Of a DNA stretch of 64,000 nucleotides, positions 30,594-40,213 are shown in pieces (within the stretch, counting starts at the first letter, position 1; every line of letters starts with the position of its first letter). Source of the DNA: an uncultured Nitrososphaerota archaeon (GTDB lineage: Archaea > Thermoproteota > Nitrososphaeria > Nitrososphaerales > CADDZS01); NCBI GenBank assembly GCA_963799845.1, contig CAWCYI010000004.1, forward strand, positions 704,001 to 768,000, in the 5' to 3' direction. A program made the position numbers and the translations under genes. The notes beneath the pieces were generated by a model. It made no database searches, was not told where the DNA came from, and saw nothing but the letters and a program-made list of their open reading frames with translations.

Positions 30594-31178
30594 ATGGAAG
30601 GGGATGATAGCACTGCATTATTGCAGACACATAACCTCTCGGTCACTTACGAGTCGGTCGGCGGAGATGTTAGGGCGCTTAGTGACGTTTCGTTCAAAGT
30701 AGGCCAAAAAGAATTCGTCGCCATCGTCGGTGAGTCTGGCGCCGGAAAGAGCACTCTCGCTCTAGCAATCATAGGACTGCTGGGTAATACTACTATAAAG
30801 GGCGACATTATTTACAGAGGAAAGGATCTGTCTACACTTTCGAGGAAGGAGTGGAATAAGTACCGAGGAACGGAAATCGGAATGATTTTCCAAGAACCCC
30901 TGAGCTCCCTCAACCCGATCGAAAAAATTGGAAATCAAATTGACGAGGCTATTAAAATTGGCAAATCTCGAGAGGGCCTTAAGAAAGAACTCAGGGTGCA
31001 TAATTATTCGCCAACAGGATTGGTCTCCTCAATGCCCCAACAAGAATACTCTCACCTCGTAAACGTCCCCGGCCTGTCAAGAGCCTCTTCATCCTTGAAA
31101 CCTGAGGCGAAAGAAGAAGTCCTTCAGTGGTTTAGAAAAGTCAGAATTCCCGATCCGGAAAACGCAGAAATGCTATGA
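30594..31178 (+). pseudogene. Truncated oligopeptide-type ABC ATPase (DppD/OppD-like)
   Basis: Walker A GESGAGKS and IFQEPLSSLNP present; stops after VRIPDPE, before the LSGG signature and Walker B; I found no continuation in other frames. Confidence 0.8.
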
Positions 31179-31225
31179 TGCCCTAAGTGAAAAGGTTTGC
31201 GAGGTACGGGATTCTGACACGAGTA

Positions 31226-31278
31226 TACTAGTAAATCCCGAGTGTGGAATGTGGGACCCCCGCACGAATTTACTAGTA
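31226..31278. repeat. 53-bp element bounded by 11-bp perfect inverted repeats
   Basis: TACTAGTAAAT at 31226 and ATTTACTAGTA ending 31278. Confidence 0.6.
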
Positions 31279-31617
31279 AAAAATTGCCAAATTAGGATGG
31301 GATTCCAACCTAACTTGGTTCAATTCTAACTCCCGGGACCTCTGTTCGTATCTCGGCTCTGATTGCAGAGTACCTCATGTTAATACGAGCGACAAACTGT
31401 CGCTAGCCAAAATGATGAGATTTTTTCACATCCGTCAGGGGGACTTGAAGCCGCTAACGGAGCTATCCAAGTCAGAATCTCAAACTTTGGATTATTAGAA
31501 ACTCATCGTGCTGCATTGATCATCCGTCTCAAATGACTACTACGCGACGAGGGTATCAGTGTTCAAGTCTCTAACCCCGAAGAAGGTCGACGCAACATCT
31601 CTCCTGCTATGTTGTAT

Positions 31618-33684
31618 CTAGCCGAATGTTACAGTGTTGATGAGGGGCATCGTACTCATTCCACCCCAGACAGGGTCGAGGTAAAAGCTATTGATTACGC
31701 CCTTTTGCCACACTATTGAACCGGAAACATCGAAGAGCTTGTCCCAGCCAAGCCAAGCGTAAGGCGCGTCGTTATAGATTTGGCCCTGGGCTATCTGGCA
31801 AAGGCCTTGTATGTCCGAAAGATTGCCATTAGAGACCATCGCATCCACGCAGGCCTGAACCTTCGGATTGTTATATCCGGCAAAGTTTCCCCAAGCCGAC
31901 ACATTACTCACGAACGAAACCCAGTCATCGACTGGAGTTTGTGCAGACGGTGCCCAATCCTCTCCGCCCAAGAGGCTGAGTTGCCCCTCCTGTTGTGCGT
32001 TTTTGACGTTAAAGGAATAACTTCCATAGGAACTTAACCATGTATTTGCAGTAACTACTTCGATGTTCACATTTATGCCCAGGTTGGCCAGATCGGCCTG
32101 CACTACTTGAGCTACATTGGTGCAGAAGGCACACGCCGTTTCCGTGTAAAACGTAAGGGTGGGGAAGTTGGCTGTATTTATTCCAGCGTTCTTCAGTATG
32201 CTTTGTGCTTGAGTGAGATTGTACTGGTAGGGGGTGTAATTACCAAGATCGTAAAAGTTTGACCAGGCTGGATACTCTGGGCCCATCGTAGGTGTCACTT
32301 CTCCAAAGAACGCCTTATCGGCTACGTCGGTGTAATTTATCGCATGGACGATGGCCTGGCGTACCGCTGTAATGTTAGTAGGGTACTCGTTCGTGTTGAG
32401 CGTGACGTCAACACTGAGTCCGGCCCAAGGAGGAAGAACCTCGTACGAATACTTGCTCGGATTTGCGAGAATTAGATTCCAGTCCTCCGATGAAATTGCT
32501 GCTATCTGCGCCACACCTGTTGAGAGATCAGTGTATCTTGCGAGGTCATCTGCTTTGTAATATATGATTACTTTGTTGACGTGACCTTGGTCCAGAATTG
32601 GATTGGCAGCTATCTGAGCGGCGGTGAGACTCTTACCCCAGTAGTTCGGATTCTGCTGAAAGGTCATATACGAATTAACGGACACCCCAGTTATTGTGTA
32701 GGGCCCTGTCCCAGGAACAGGATTCGTATCAAAGTACGTGTTGAGGGAGGCAGGTGCGCCAAATCCGCCGTGATCGAGCACGAACTGAGTGTCGAATGTC
32801 AATCCCACATATGAGACGAGCGTTCCGAGGAACCAGAGGAAGGGCGCCTGTAGGTGGAAGACTATCTGATAGGGACTGGTCACGTAGATCGGCCATGAGC
32901 TGTTCTCCATCACGCTCAACAGCTGGCTACTGGGATTCACCACTCCTCCGCTCTGATTCATTAGGGCAAGAGTGCTGGGGCCAAAGTTCACTCCGGTCAT
33001 GTTAAAGACAGGATAGGATTGCCACCATCCTGAGCTATTGGCCGACAAGTAGTACAAACCGTACAGCTCTGCCCATTCCTGGTAGGCGTTGAATAGATCT
33101 CCGTTTGAAAAGTTGACACCCTGCCTCAGGTTGAGGGTGTAGGTCCTTGCATCGGGTGAAATTGTCCAGTTGGCCGCGAGACCAGGCAGGTACTCTACAT
33201 TTCCTTGGTTGTATAGAGCCGAAAGATTCGCCCCAACGAGTGGCTGGTACACGGAAAACGCATACCAATCGGGCCAAGGAACCTCCTGCACGAAATAAAG
33301 TACATTCGCGCCACCAGGCGAGGGATAGTTGAAATCGTCCATCACGAGTGTTTGGGGAGCGGCGGCGGTGGATGTGGACGATGAAGAAGTGGAAGAACTG
33401 GAAGAGCTGGAAGAGGTAGAAATGGTGGAAGATGAACTAGAAACTCCGGATGAAGAAGTCGAGGGTACACTTGAGCTTGATGATTGAGTACTAGGCGCGG
33501 TTGTAAGAGACGAACTTGTTGACGATGATGTAGTAGTAGTGGAAGTACTGTGGTTACTAACCGCATAAAAGCCGCCCACCGCAATAATTATGATGATAAC
33601 GATAACAATGCCAATCATAGCACTTCTGCTGAGAGCATGTTTCAACCTAGACTTTCGAGATAGCACAAATCGGGGTTTCGTCAC
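31618..33684 (-). CDS. ABC transporter substrate-binding protein, family 5
   Basis: Class III-like signal (KHA|LSRSAMIGIVIVIIII), Ser/Thr linker, PGLAANWTIS, LRQGVNFSNG, GTGPY, VRQAIVHAIN. Confidence 0.9.
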   Translation of the reverse strand: MTKPRFVLSRKSRLKHALSRSAMIGIVIVIIIIIAVGGFYAVSNHSTSTTTTSSSTSSSLTTAPSTQSSSSSVPSTSSSGVSSSSSTISTSSSSSSSSTSSSSTSTAAAPQTLVMDDFNYPSPGGANVLYFVQEVPWPDWYAFSVYQPLVGANLSALYNQGNVEYLPGLAANWTISPDARTYTLNLRQGVNFSNGDLFNAYQEWAELYGLYYLSANSSGWWQSYPVFNMTGVNFGPSTLALMNQSGGVVNPSSQLLSVMENSSWPIYVTSPYQIVFHLQAPFLWFLGTLVSYVGLTFDTQFVLDHGGFGAPASLNTYFDTNPVPGTGPYTITGVSVNSYMTFQQNPNYWGKSLTAAQIAANPILDQGHVNKVIIYYKADDLARYTDLSTGVAQIAAISSEDWNLILANPSKYSYEVLPPWAGLSVDVTLNTNEYPTNITAVRQAIVHAINYTDVADKAFFGEVTPTMGPEYPAWSNFYDLGNYTPYQYNLTQAQSILKNAGINTANFPTLTFYTETACAFCTNVAQVVQADLANLGINVNIEVVTANTWLSSYGSYSFNVKNAQQEGQLSLLGGEDWAPSAQTPVDDWVSFVSNVSAWGNFAGYNNPKVQACVDAMVSNGNLSDIQGLCQIAQGQIYNDAPYAWLGWDKLFDVSGSIVWQKGVINSFYLDPVWGGMSTMPLINTVTFG

Positions 33685-34197
33685 TTAACTCCTTAATAAC
33701 TTTGTTACCAATTTTCATCTCGTATTGGCCGTCAACGTTTTTTACTGAAATCACCTTTTGCCCCGCGGATGCGAGAAAATTGAATCAGCTCGAAACACCA
33801 AGTGACACACTCAGTCAATTAGGTGTGAATAAAATAGTGAATGCTTACGGTCCTGCAACGATCCTCGGAGGATCGACTCTTGACCCTCGAATAACGAAGG
33901 TGATGGGAGAAGTAGCTCGAAGCTTTGTTGACATGGACGAACTATTGGACAAGGTGGATTCCAAGATCGCGAGTATCCTTGAAGTTGAAGCCGCTCATGT
34001 TACATCAGGAGCGGCTGCCGGACTTGCACTTTCCGCTGCTGCCTGTATGACGGGCTCAGACCAATCCAAGATAGAAAAGCTCCCGGACACGGCCGATTTT
34101 GAACGAAATGAGGTAGTGGTTCAGGCAGGTCACAGGAATACTTACGATAGGTGCCTACGAGTCTCCGGTGCTAGATTAGTTATGGCCGGGATACCTT

Positions 34198-35287
34198 TAG
34201 GAGTTACGCGGTTGACCCAAGAAGATAGATTGGGTGTGCAATGTCAGCTCCTTATCGCATCTCTGACGATTCTCGCCTTCGCTTCGTACCAGCTTATCCC
34301 GGTCATCAATCTGCACAATTCTAGACGTATGAACGCCCTTATTGACATGTGGATGTGATTCAGAATGGATGTCGCCTTCCTGACCTGAGCCCTCTCAATG
34401 CCACAACACTGCTTGACTCCTCTGTGGTACTCCTCGATTCCCCATCCTTGGTCAGAGAGTTCATCTCTCTTTTCCTCATTCATCCCAACGTCATCGGTAG
34501 CCCAGTGTTCAATGTCTCCTTTCTTGGAGGCTGTCCTGAACACCCTGACCATTCCGAATCCCATGAGATGAACCGTGGTTCCCTCAGGCGGGATCTCCAC
34601 GTCCTTGATTGGTTTGTTTCCTTTTTTTCTGCCCGTTGGATTGACGAGCCTGTTCTCCTTGAGGCGGCAGAAGAAATGCCACCCGAGCTCCCTTGCGATG
34701 AGCTTCAGATTTTCCATGCTCGAGTACCAGCTGTCAAAGAGGACGTATTTTGGTTCCATCCCTCTCTGCTTTGCAACCAACAACATGTCCTGGAAGTGAT
34801 CGTTCTTGGTGAGACCGTCTTTTGACGCATTGTAGAGTCTAAAGTCACATGGAATGAGGGCGTTACCATCGCTCCATAGTGTTGTGATGAGATTTATCCC
34901 CTTCACCACACTGTGGTGTTTTCCGCTCCAGTGGTACGTGACGTAATCCATCTTCTCCGCGTACGGTTTGTCCAGAGTTGAATCATCGACTATCAGTACT
35001 CCTCCCGCAGTAACGGCGATGATCCTCTTCGCCTCATCCCAGAGCGCTTCTGTATCCGCAGGCAGTCTCTCCAGAAGGCGGGTGAAGCTATCGTGTGCTG
35101 GCGGCGTGACTCCTGCATCATCATCAGGCTGACATCTAGCAGCTTCGGTGCAAGCGAATGATTTCTGGGATGCTATCAGGAAGTCTATGTAGTCATTGTC
35201 ATCGCATTTTGGAGGGTTCATGCAGCGTCTGATGAACCAGAGAAACAATCCTGGCCAAATTCTTTTCGGCCAAATGCGTAACTCCTA
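34198..35287 (-). mobile_element. IS701-family insertion sequence
   Basis: 12-bp terminal IRs TAGGAGTTACGC (34198) / GCGTAACTCCTA (ends 35287); 5-bp target duplication ACCTT (34193-34197, 35288-35292). Confidence 0.9.
34244..35221 (-). CDS. IS701-family DDE transposase
   Basis: LIVDDSTLDKPY, FDSWYSS, WGIEEYHRGVKQ. Confidence 0.9.
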   Translation of the reverse strand: MNPPKCDDNDYIDFLIASQKSFACTEAARCQPDDDAGVTPPAHDSFTRLLERLPADTEALWDEAKRIIAVTAGGVLIVDDSTLDKPYAEKMDYVTYHWSGKHHSVVKGINLITTLWSDGNALIPCDFRLYNASKDGLTKNDHFQDMLLVAKQRGMEPKYVLFDSWYSSMENLKLIARELGWHFFCRLKENRLVNPTGRKKGNKPIKDVEIPPEGTTVHLMGFGMVRVFRTASKKGDIEHWATDDVGMNEEKRDELSDQGWGIEEYHRGVKQCCGIERAQVRKATSILNHIHMSIRAFIRLELCRLMTGISWYEAKARIVRDAIRS

Positions 35288-36243
35288 ACCTTATCTCACA
35301 TACCCATGGCAGTTAGTAGCTGCGATTTCCAAAAAAACGGCAGCAATCGCTCATTTTACTCTTGGAACCGCGAGGCCAGGGGTCCTCGCACTGGAAGAGG
35401 TGCGTAGGATTGCTGACGAATTTTCACTGCCGATTATCGTTGATGGCTGCAATGCGGTTCTCCCAAATTTGAAAAACATTCCAAAGTATTTCGATCGCGG
35501 AGCTGACCTTCTTGTGTTAAGTGGAGGAAAAACTGTTCAGGGCCCTAACGATACGGGAATCGTTTGTGGAAGGAAAGACCTGGTAGAAGCCGCCAGGGCT
35601 AATCAGCTATCCGCACATGAACGGGATCGGCAGAACGATGAAGGTGAGCAAGGAGCAGATAGTCGGAATCTTGACTGCTCTTGAGATTTACTCGACCATT
35701 GACCCCTACGAGCGGTACAGTAGCTGGATCAAAAAATTGAATGTTATTCACGATGAATTGGTGGATCTTCCGAACATCAAGGTCAGGAGAGTCCCCAATC
35801 AACCCGACATGAGCACCGTGCCAGTCATCGAAATCCAGCTAGACGAAAAAGCGATCGGAGCCACGGCTCGCGAGATAGTAGGAGCTCTGAAGGCGTACGA
35901 CCCTCCAATCGTACTCGACATCGATTACTGGAAGAACTTCACGACACAGACGATTTTCGTGAATCCAATCTGTATGCAGAAATCTGATGAGATAATCGTT
36001 GCTACCGCCCTAAAGTCAGTCTTTTCGGACAAGGCCGTCCTGGCAGAACTGCAATCAAAGAAATACCGAACAAGGGCCTGTGCGTATCCCTGATTGAGCG
36101 CTGCTTCGGTAACAAGGGAATAATAATCGGGCAAAGTCTAGCAGCGGTCAAATCTCTGCACCTTCCCGTGAGCACGGCGAAGGCTTCCTGTCTAAGAGCA
36201 AAGCTAAATGAATACGCCCCCGAGACTTTTCCGGTAGTCTAAC

Positions 36244-37221
36244 ATGTTCGATGTAGTCGCACTCGGCGAGTCTCTAGTCCAGTTTAACCCTTTAGAAACG
36301 GGGCCGCTCAAGCACGTCTCTCTGTTCGAGAAGCATGCTGCCGGCGCAGAATCAAACGTGATAATCGGAATTTCGCGCCTCGGCTTTAAGACGGCTTACA
36401 TCACAAAGTTGGGAAAAGACGAGTTCAGCAAGTTCATCCTAGCGACCCTGAAGGGCGAGGGGGTCGATGTTTCCGGAGTCAGGCAGATGGACGGAAAAAA
36501 CTGCGGAATTTTTTTCGTGCAGCGCGGTTATCCGATCCCCGGGAAAAGCGATGTGATCTATTTCAGATCGGATTCGGCGGCAAAATATCTTTCGCCCGGA
36601 GACCTTGACGCAAAAATGATCTCGGGTAGCCGGATTCTCCACATCACTGGAATCACGCCGGCCCTTTCGGAATCGTGTCGAGAGACGATTTTTGAAGCAG
36701 TGCGCATCGCAAAGGGAGGCAACGTTCAGGTGTCCTTCGACACTAACTACCGTAGAAAACTGTGGTCAGAATCAGAGGCGAGACCGACTCTGATCGAGCT
36801 TGCGAGAAGTTGCGACATACTGCTGACTGATCCTGATGATGCGAGAATCATAATGGGAAAGAAACTCGACGACGATCCTATTACGGCGCTTGATGAGCTT
36901 CTTTCTCTGGGGCCTTCGACAATAGTTTACAAGCTCGGAGCTTCGGAGGGCCTTGCCGCAATCTCTAACGGAGAAAAAGCAACCAGTCTTCCGATAAAGG
37001 TGCCGCTGGTCGACTCGATCGGTGCAGGGGATGCAGTAGTCGCGGGTTTTTTGGCCGGGTACTTGGCGGGAGATTCGCTCCAGCGTAGCCTGGACATTGC
37101 GTCCTGTTGCTCGGCTCTAACAGTGATGAGGCGCGGTGATTTCGAAAACCTGCCTGATCTTGCGGATCTTGAAAAGTGGCTCAAAGCAAAGGAGCAAGGC
37201 TTCGAAGTGGACTTTAGATGA
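36244..37221 (+). CDS. kdgK: PfkB-family sugar kinase, 2-keto-3-deoxygluconate kinase-like
   Basis: AGAESNV, HITGIT, FDTNYRRKLW, DSIGAGD. Confidence 0.8.
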   Translation: MFDVVALGESLVQFNPLETGPLKHVSLFEKHAAGAESNVIIGISRLGFKTAYITKLGKDEFSKFILATLKGEGVDVSGVRQMDGKNCGIFFVQRGYPIPGKSDVIYFRSDSAAKYLSPGDLDAKMISGSRILHITGITPALSESCRETIFEAVRIAKGGNVQVSFDTNYRRKLWSESEARPTLIELARSCDILLTDPDDARIIMGKKLDDDPITALDELLSLGPSTIVYKLGASEGLAAISNGEKATSLPIKVPLVDSIGAGDAVVAGFLAGYLAGDSLQRSLDIASCCSALTVMRRGDFENLPDLADLEKWLKAKEQGFEVDFR

Positions 37222-39228
37222 TTACAGCCTTCTCGCGATAGAATAACCCGCCTCTATCGCGCCGCCTATCCGACCGCCTGCCACGTTGCAGTCGCCAATT
37301 TCGTAAACCTCGCTGACGGATTTCTTGAAAAGATCTTTGAGACCACTCGTCTGAATTCGCCCCGTGTTCAATACGACGTAATCCGCCTCGATATCTTGCT
37401 CCTCGCTAGATGGAATATTATAGATGACAACTTTCGTTTCGTTTATTCTCCTGATCCAGCTGAAAGGTATTATCTTCACTCTGACAGCCTGGAGCCTGCG
37501 GGTGACGTGAACGAGCTGATTGTAGAAAGAAAGTTCCGGCGAAATATGTGGATGTGGAGTGACAAGAGTTACCTGTTCAGCTCCCTTTCTAACCAACCAC
37601 TCGCTGACACCCGGGCCCTCGATGTAGGTCGTACTGTCCGCAACGATAATTTTTCCGCTCAATTTCTCACCGGAAAGGAGGAGGTGGTCAATCGTCCTGA
37701 CGTTAGGCGAATCCCATCCTGGCACCGGCGCGAACGTAATCATTTGAATGCCATTATCGATGGGAACCGAACCAGTTGCGATGATGACACGGTCGGGCTG
37801 TTCTTCGTCAACTACAAACTGTACTACGGATGGGTCTACGGGAATTTCTTTGTGAAATTCTATCCTCACTTCATTGTTTTGCAGCTGGGTCGAATACCAC
37901 GTCACAATCGAGCCAATGTCCGCGCGTCCAGGGAGCATCTTTGCCCAGTTTGCCTGACCGCCAATTTCCCCGGATTTTTCGTAGATGGTGACTTTGTGTC
38001 CCCTCTCCGATGCAATTCTCGCAGCTTCTAATCCGGCGGGGCCTGCCCCGATAATCAAGATTTTCTTCGACACCTCAGCTCGTCCGAGTTTTCCAATCCC
38101 TCTGGACGTTTCCCTTCCAGCAGCTGGATTCACGGTGCAGTGCATCGGCCACTCACGCGATACTGATCTCCCCCAGCAATCTTGCAAAGTACCGATACAT
38201 GGGCGAATCTCGGTGAGCAGGCCTTCTCTCGCCTTGTTAGGCAGGTGCGGATCTGCGATCAGGGCTCTGGTCATTCCGACAAAGTCAGCCTGATTTTTCT
38301 CGAGGATTGATTCACCTAGAACGGGATCTGTGATCCTCCCTGCTATGCCGATGCGAGTTTTTGAAACTGCTCTCTTGATTGGCTCGGACATGTATGTCCC
38401 GTAACCTGTCTCGATGTAGAGCGGTTGGGTCTGAAGAGCATGCTGGTTCACAGCCTCGAACTGGGAAACCGAGCCGCTGTCCACGTTTATGAAATCGAGC
38501 TTGGCGTCGAGAAACTTTGCCATCTCCACCGCATATTCGGGATTGACTCCGCCATCATATTTTTCATCAGCGCAGAGACGCATTCCCAGAGCGATTGAAT
38601 CACCGACCACAGCCTTCAGGATGCCTATAAGTTCGTCAAGAAACCTCATCCTGTTTTCAAACGAGCCGCCGTACTTGTCTGATCGTCGGTTGATGATTGG
38701 GGAGTAAAAGTGCTCAATTAGGGCGCCGTGCGTTCCGTGAAGATCGATCCCGTCAAACCTGCTTTCCTTGATCAGCCTCGCGCCGTCGGCAAAGTCTTCC
38801 TGGATCTGCGTGATTGCCGATTGAGTGAGTTCGTTCAGTGTAAGCCCCGACTCAAATGGGACGGCCGAGACCGGTCCGTAGAGGTGCGTCCATGCCGAAA
38901 GTTCCATGAAAATCTTCGAGTCGTATTCGTGAACCGCATCTGCAAGTCTGGACAGTCCGGGCACTATCTCCGGATTGGTGACAAGCGGAAATCTCCTCGC
39001 GCTGTCTGTCTCCCAGTTTGGAAAGACCGCTCCGTCAGATGGTTTGATGAAAAGCTGTGAGACCTCAAGGAGGCCGACTCCGCCCTTTGCCCTCTCAGTG
39101 TAGTAATCAACCATCGCGTCGGTAGGGAGGCCGTCCCGCAGGTACTGCTGCTCGTGCGGAGTGATTTGGATTCGATTTTTTATCTGGATGGGTCCGATGT
39201 CCAGAGGAGAAAATAGCCTATCGAACAA
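37222..39228 (-). CDS. NADH:flavin oxidoreductase (OYE barrel plus Fe-S and FAD domains; TMADH/2,4-dienoyl-CoA reductase-like)
   Basis: YYTERAKGGVGL, NRRSDKYGGSFENR, RALIADP, GAGPAGLEAA, IGDC. Confidence 0.88.
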   Translation of the reverse strand: MFDRLFSPLDIGPIQIKNRIQITPHEQQYLRDGLPTDAMVDYYTERAKGGVGLLEVSQLFIKPSDGAVFPNWETDSARRFPLVTNPEIVPGLSRLADAVHEYDSKIFMELSAWTHLYGPVSAVPFESGLTLNELTQSAITQIQEDFADGARLIKESRFDGIDLHGTHGALIEHFYSPIINRRSDKYGGSFENRMRFLDELIGILKAVVGDSIALGMRLCADEKYDGGVNPEYAVEMAKFLDAKLDFINVDSGSVSQFEAVNQHALQTQPLYIETGYGTYMSEPIKRAVSKTRIGIAGRITDPVLGESILEKNQADFVGMTRALIADPHLPNKAREGLLTEIRPCIGTLQDCWGRSVSREWPMHCTVNPAAGRETSRGIGKLGRAEVSKKILIIGAGPAGLEAARIASERGHKVTIYEKSGEIGGQANWAKMLPGRADIGSIVTWYSTQLQNNEVRIEFHKEIPVDPSVVQFVVDEEQPDRVIIATGSVPIDNGIQMITFAPVPGWDSPNVRTIDHLLLSGEKLSGKIIVADSTTYIEGPGVSEWLVRKGAEQVTLVTPHPHISPELSFYNQLVHVTRRLQAVRVKIIPFSWIRRINETKVVIYNIPSSEEQDIEADYVVLNTGRIQTSGLKDLFKKSVSEVYEIGDCNVAGGRIGGAIEAGYSIARRL

Positions 39229-39261
39229 TTCCTGTCAGCTCCTTATCCGAGTAAATTGAAG

Positions 39262-40200
39262 TTAGTGGAAGCTCGTCGTTACCTTCGGCAGAATATTCAG
39301 GTCTGCAAGTATTGTCTTCAGTCGTTCTCGCTGTTCGCTAGTCAACGGCAGGAGTGGTGGCCTCACAGTTCCTCCAGCCATCCCAAGCAGGTTCATCGTC
39401 TCTTTTGTCTGCGCGATCTGGATTGGAATTCCCTGGGTGACGGCCTGTAAATCCATGTGACGGAACGGTACTAGAAAGTCAAAGTATATCGATCGCGCCT
39501 TGTTGCTGTCGCCGGATTTGTGCGACTCGATCAGCTGCCCTATCTTCCCGGGAGCAAAGTTAGCCATCGAGCTGGTCGCTCCGATCCCTCCGGCGATCAG
39601 CCCGTAGTACATCAACTCTTCCGCCCCAACTATGATGGGGACTCTTCTGCCGACTACCTTCATCGTCTCGGCGAGCTGAGATAGATCCTTCGTGGCGTCC
39701 TTGATCGCAACGATGTTTCCGACCTTGTCCAGAATCTTCAGCAGAAGCTGAGGGGTAAGATTTGTTCTCGACTGTCCGGGCACGTTGTAAAGCACGATGC
39801 CGATGTCGATGCCGTTGGACACGAGTTCGAGGAACTTGATAAGACCCTCGTCCCTATCTTTCATGTAATATGTTGGCGGCACAATTAGAACTGCGTCAGC
39901 TCCGGAGTCTTTCGCGTACCGGGCTAGCTCGATCACCTCGACGTGGTTTGTGTGCGACACGCCCACTGTCACGAGTTTTTTTCCGTTTGCGGCATCGACG
40001 ACGATCTTCGTGACCTTCTTTCGCTCTTCTGTTCCGACTGACGAAAATTCTCCTACTGTCCCGAGGGGAACTATGCTCGTTATTCCCTCCGATTCGCTCA
40101 GGAACGTGATGTTGTCGCGAAGACCCGCGTAGTCAATCTCGTACGTTTTCTCCGAGAAGGGAGTGACCGTCGTTACGTGAATTCCGGAAAAGTCTAACAT
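39262..40200 (-). CDS. DHDPS/NAL-family aldolase or dehydratase (possible KD(P)G aldolase)
   Basis: GTVGEF, LYNVP, Schiff-base IKDA, VRPPL. Confidence 0.85.
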   Translation of the reverse strand: MLDFSGIHVTTVTPFSEKTYEIDYAGLRDNITFLSESEGITSIVPLGTVGEFSSVGTEERKKVTKIVVDAANGKKLVTVGVSHTNHVEVIELARYAKDSGADAVLIVPPTYYMKDRDEGLIKFLELVSNGIDIGIVLYNVPGQSRTNLTPQLLLKILDKVGNIVAIKDATKDLSQLAETMKVVGRRVPIIVGAEELMYYGLIAGGIGATSSMANFAPGKIGQLIESHKSGDSNKARSIYFDFLVPFRHMDLQAVTQGIPIQIAQTKETMNLLGMAGGTVRPPLLPLTSEQRERLKTILADLNILPKVTTSFH

Positions 40201-40213
40201 AAATTGTTCACCG

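Larger units (their letters stand above)
33780..36093 (+). pseudogene. SelA-like PLP enzyme (DgaE/D-glucosaminate-6-phosphate ammonia-lyase family) interrupted by IS701
   Basis: LGVNKIVNAYG..T.LGGS and VTSGAAAGL. Removing the IS and one ACCTT restores AGIPYLTYPWQL...SGGKTVQGP (PLP Lys). Extra frameshift near 35607 before GIGRTMKVSKE. Confidence 0.82.

Noticed and set aside
33702-34358. ORF-track 218-aa protein as an intact gene
   Set aside because: It is a chimera: the SelA-like N-terminus reading into the IS701 end.
33780-36093. Selenocysteine synthase SelA
   Set aside because: Short SelA-like form in a catabolic context; no selB, selC or selD in the window.
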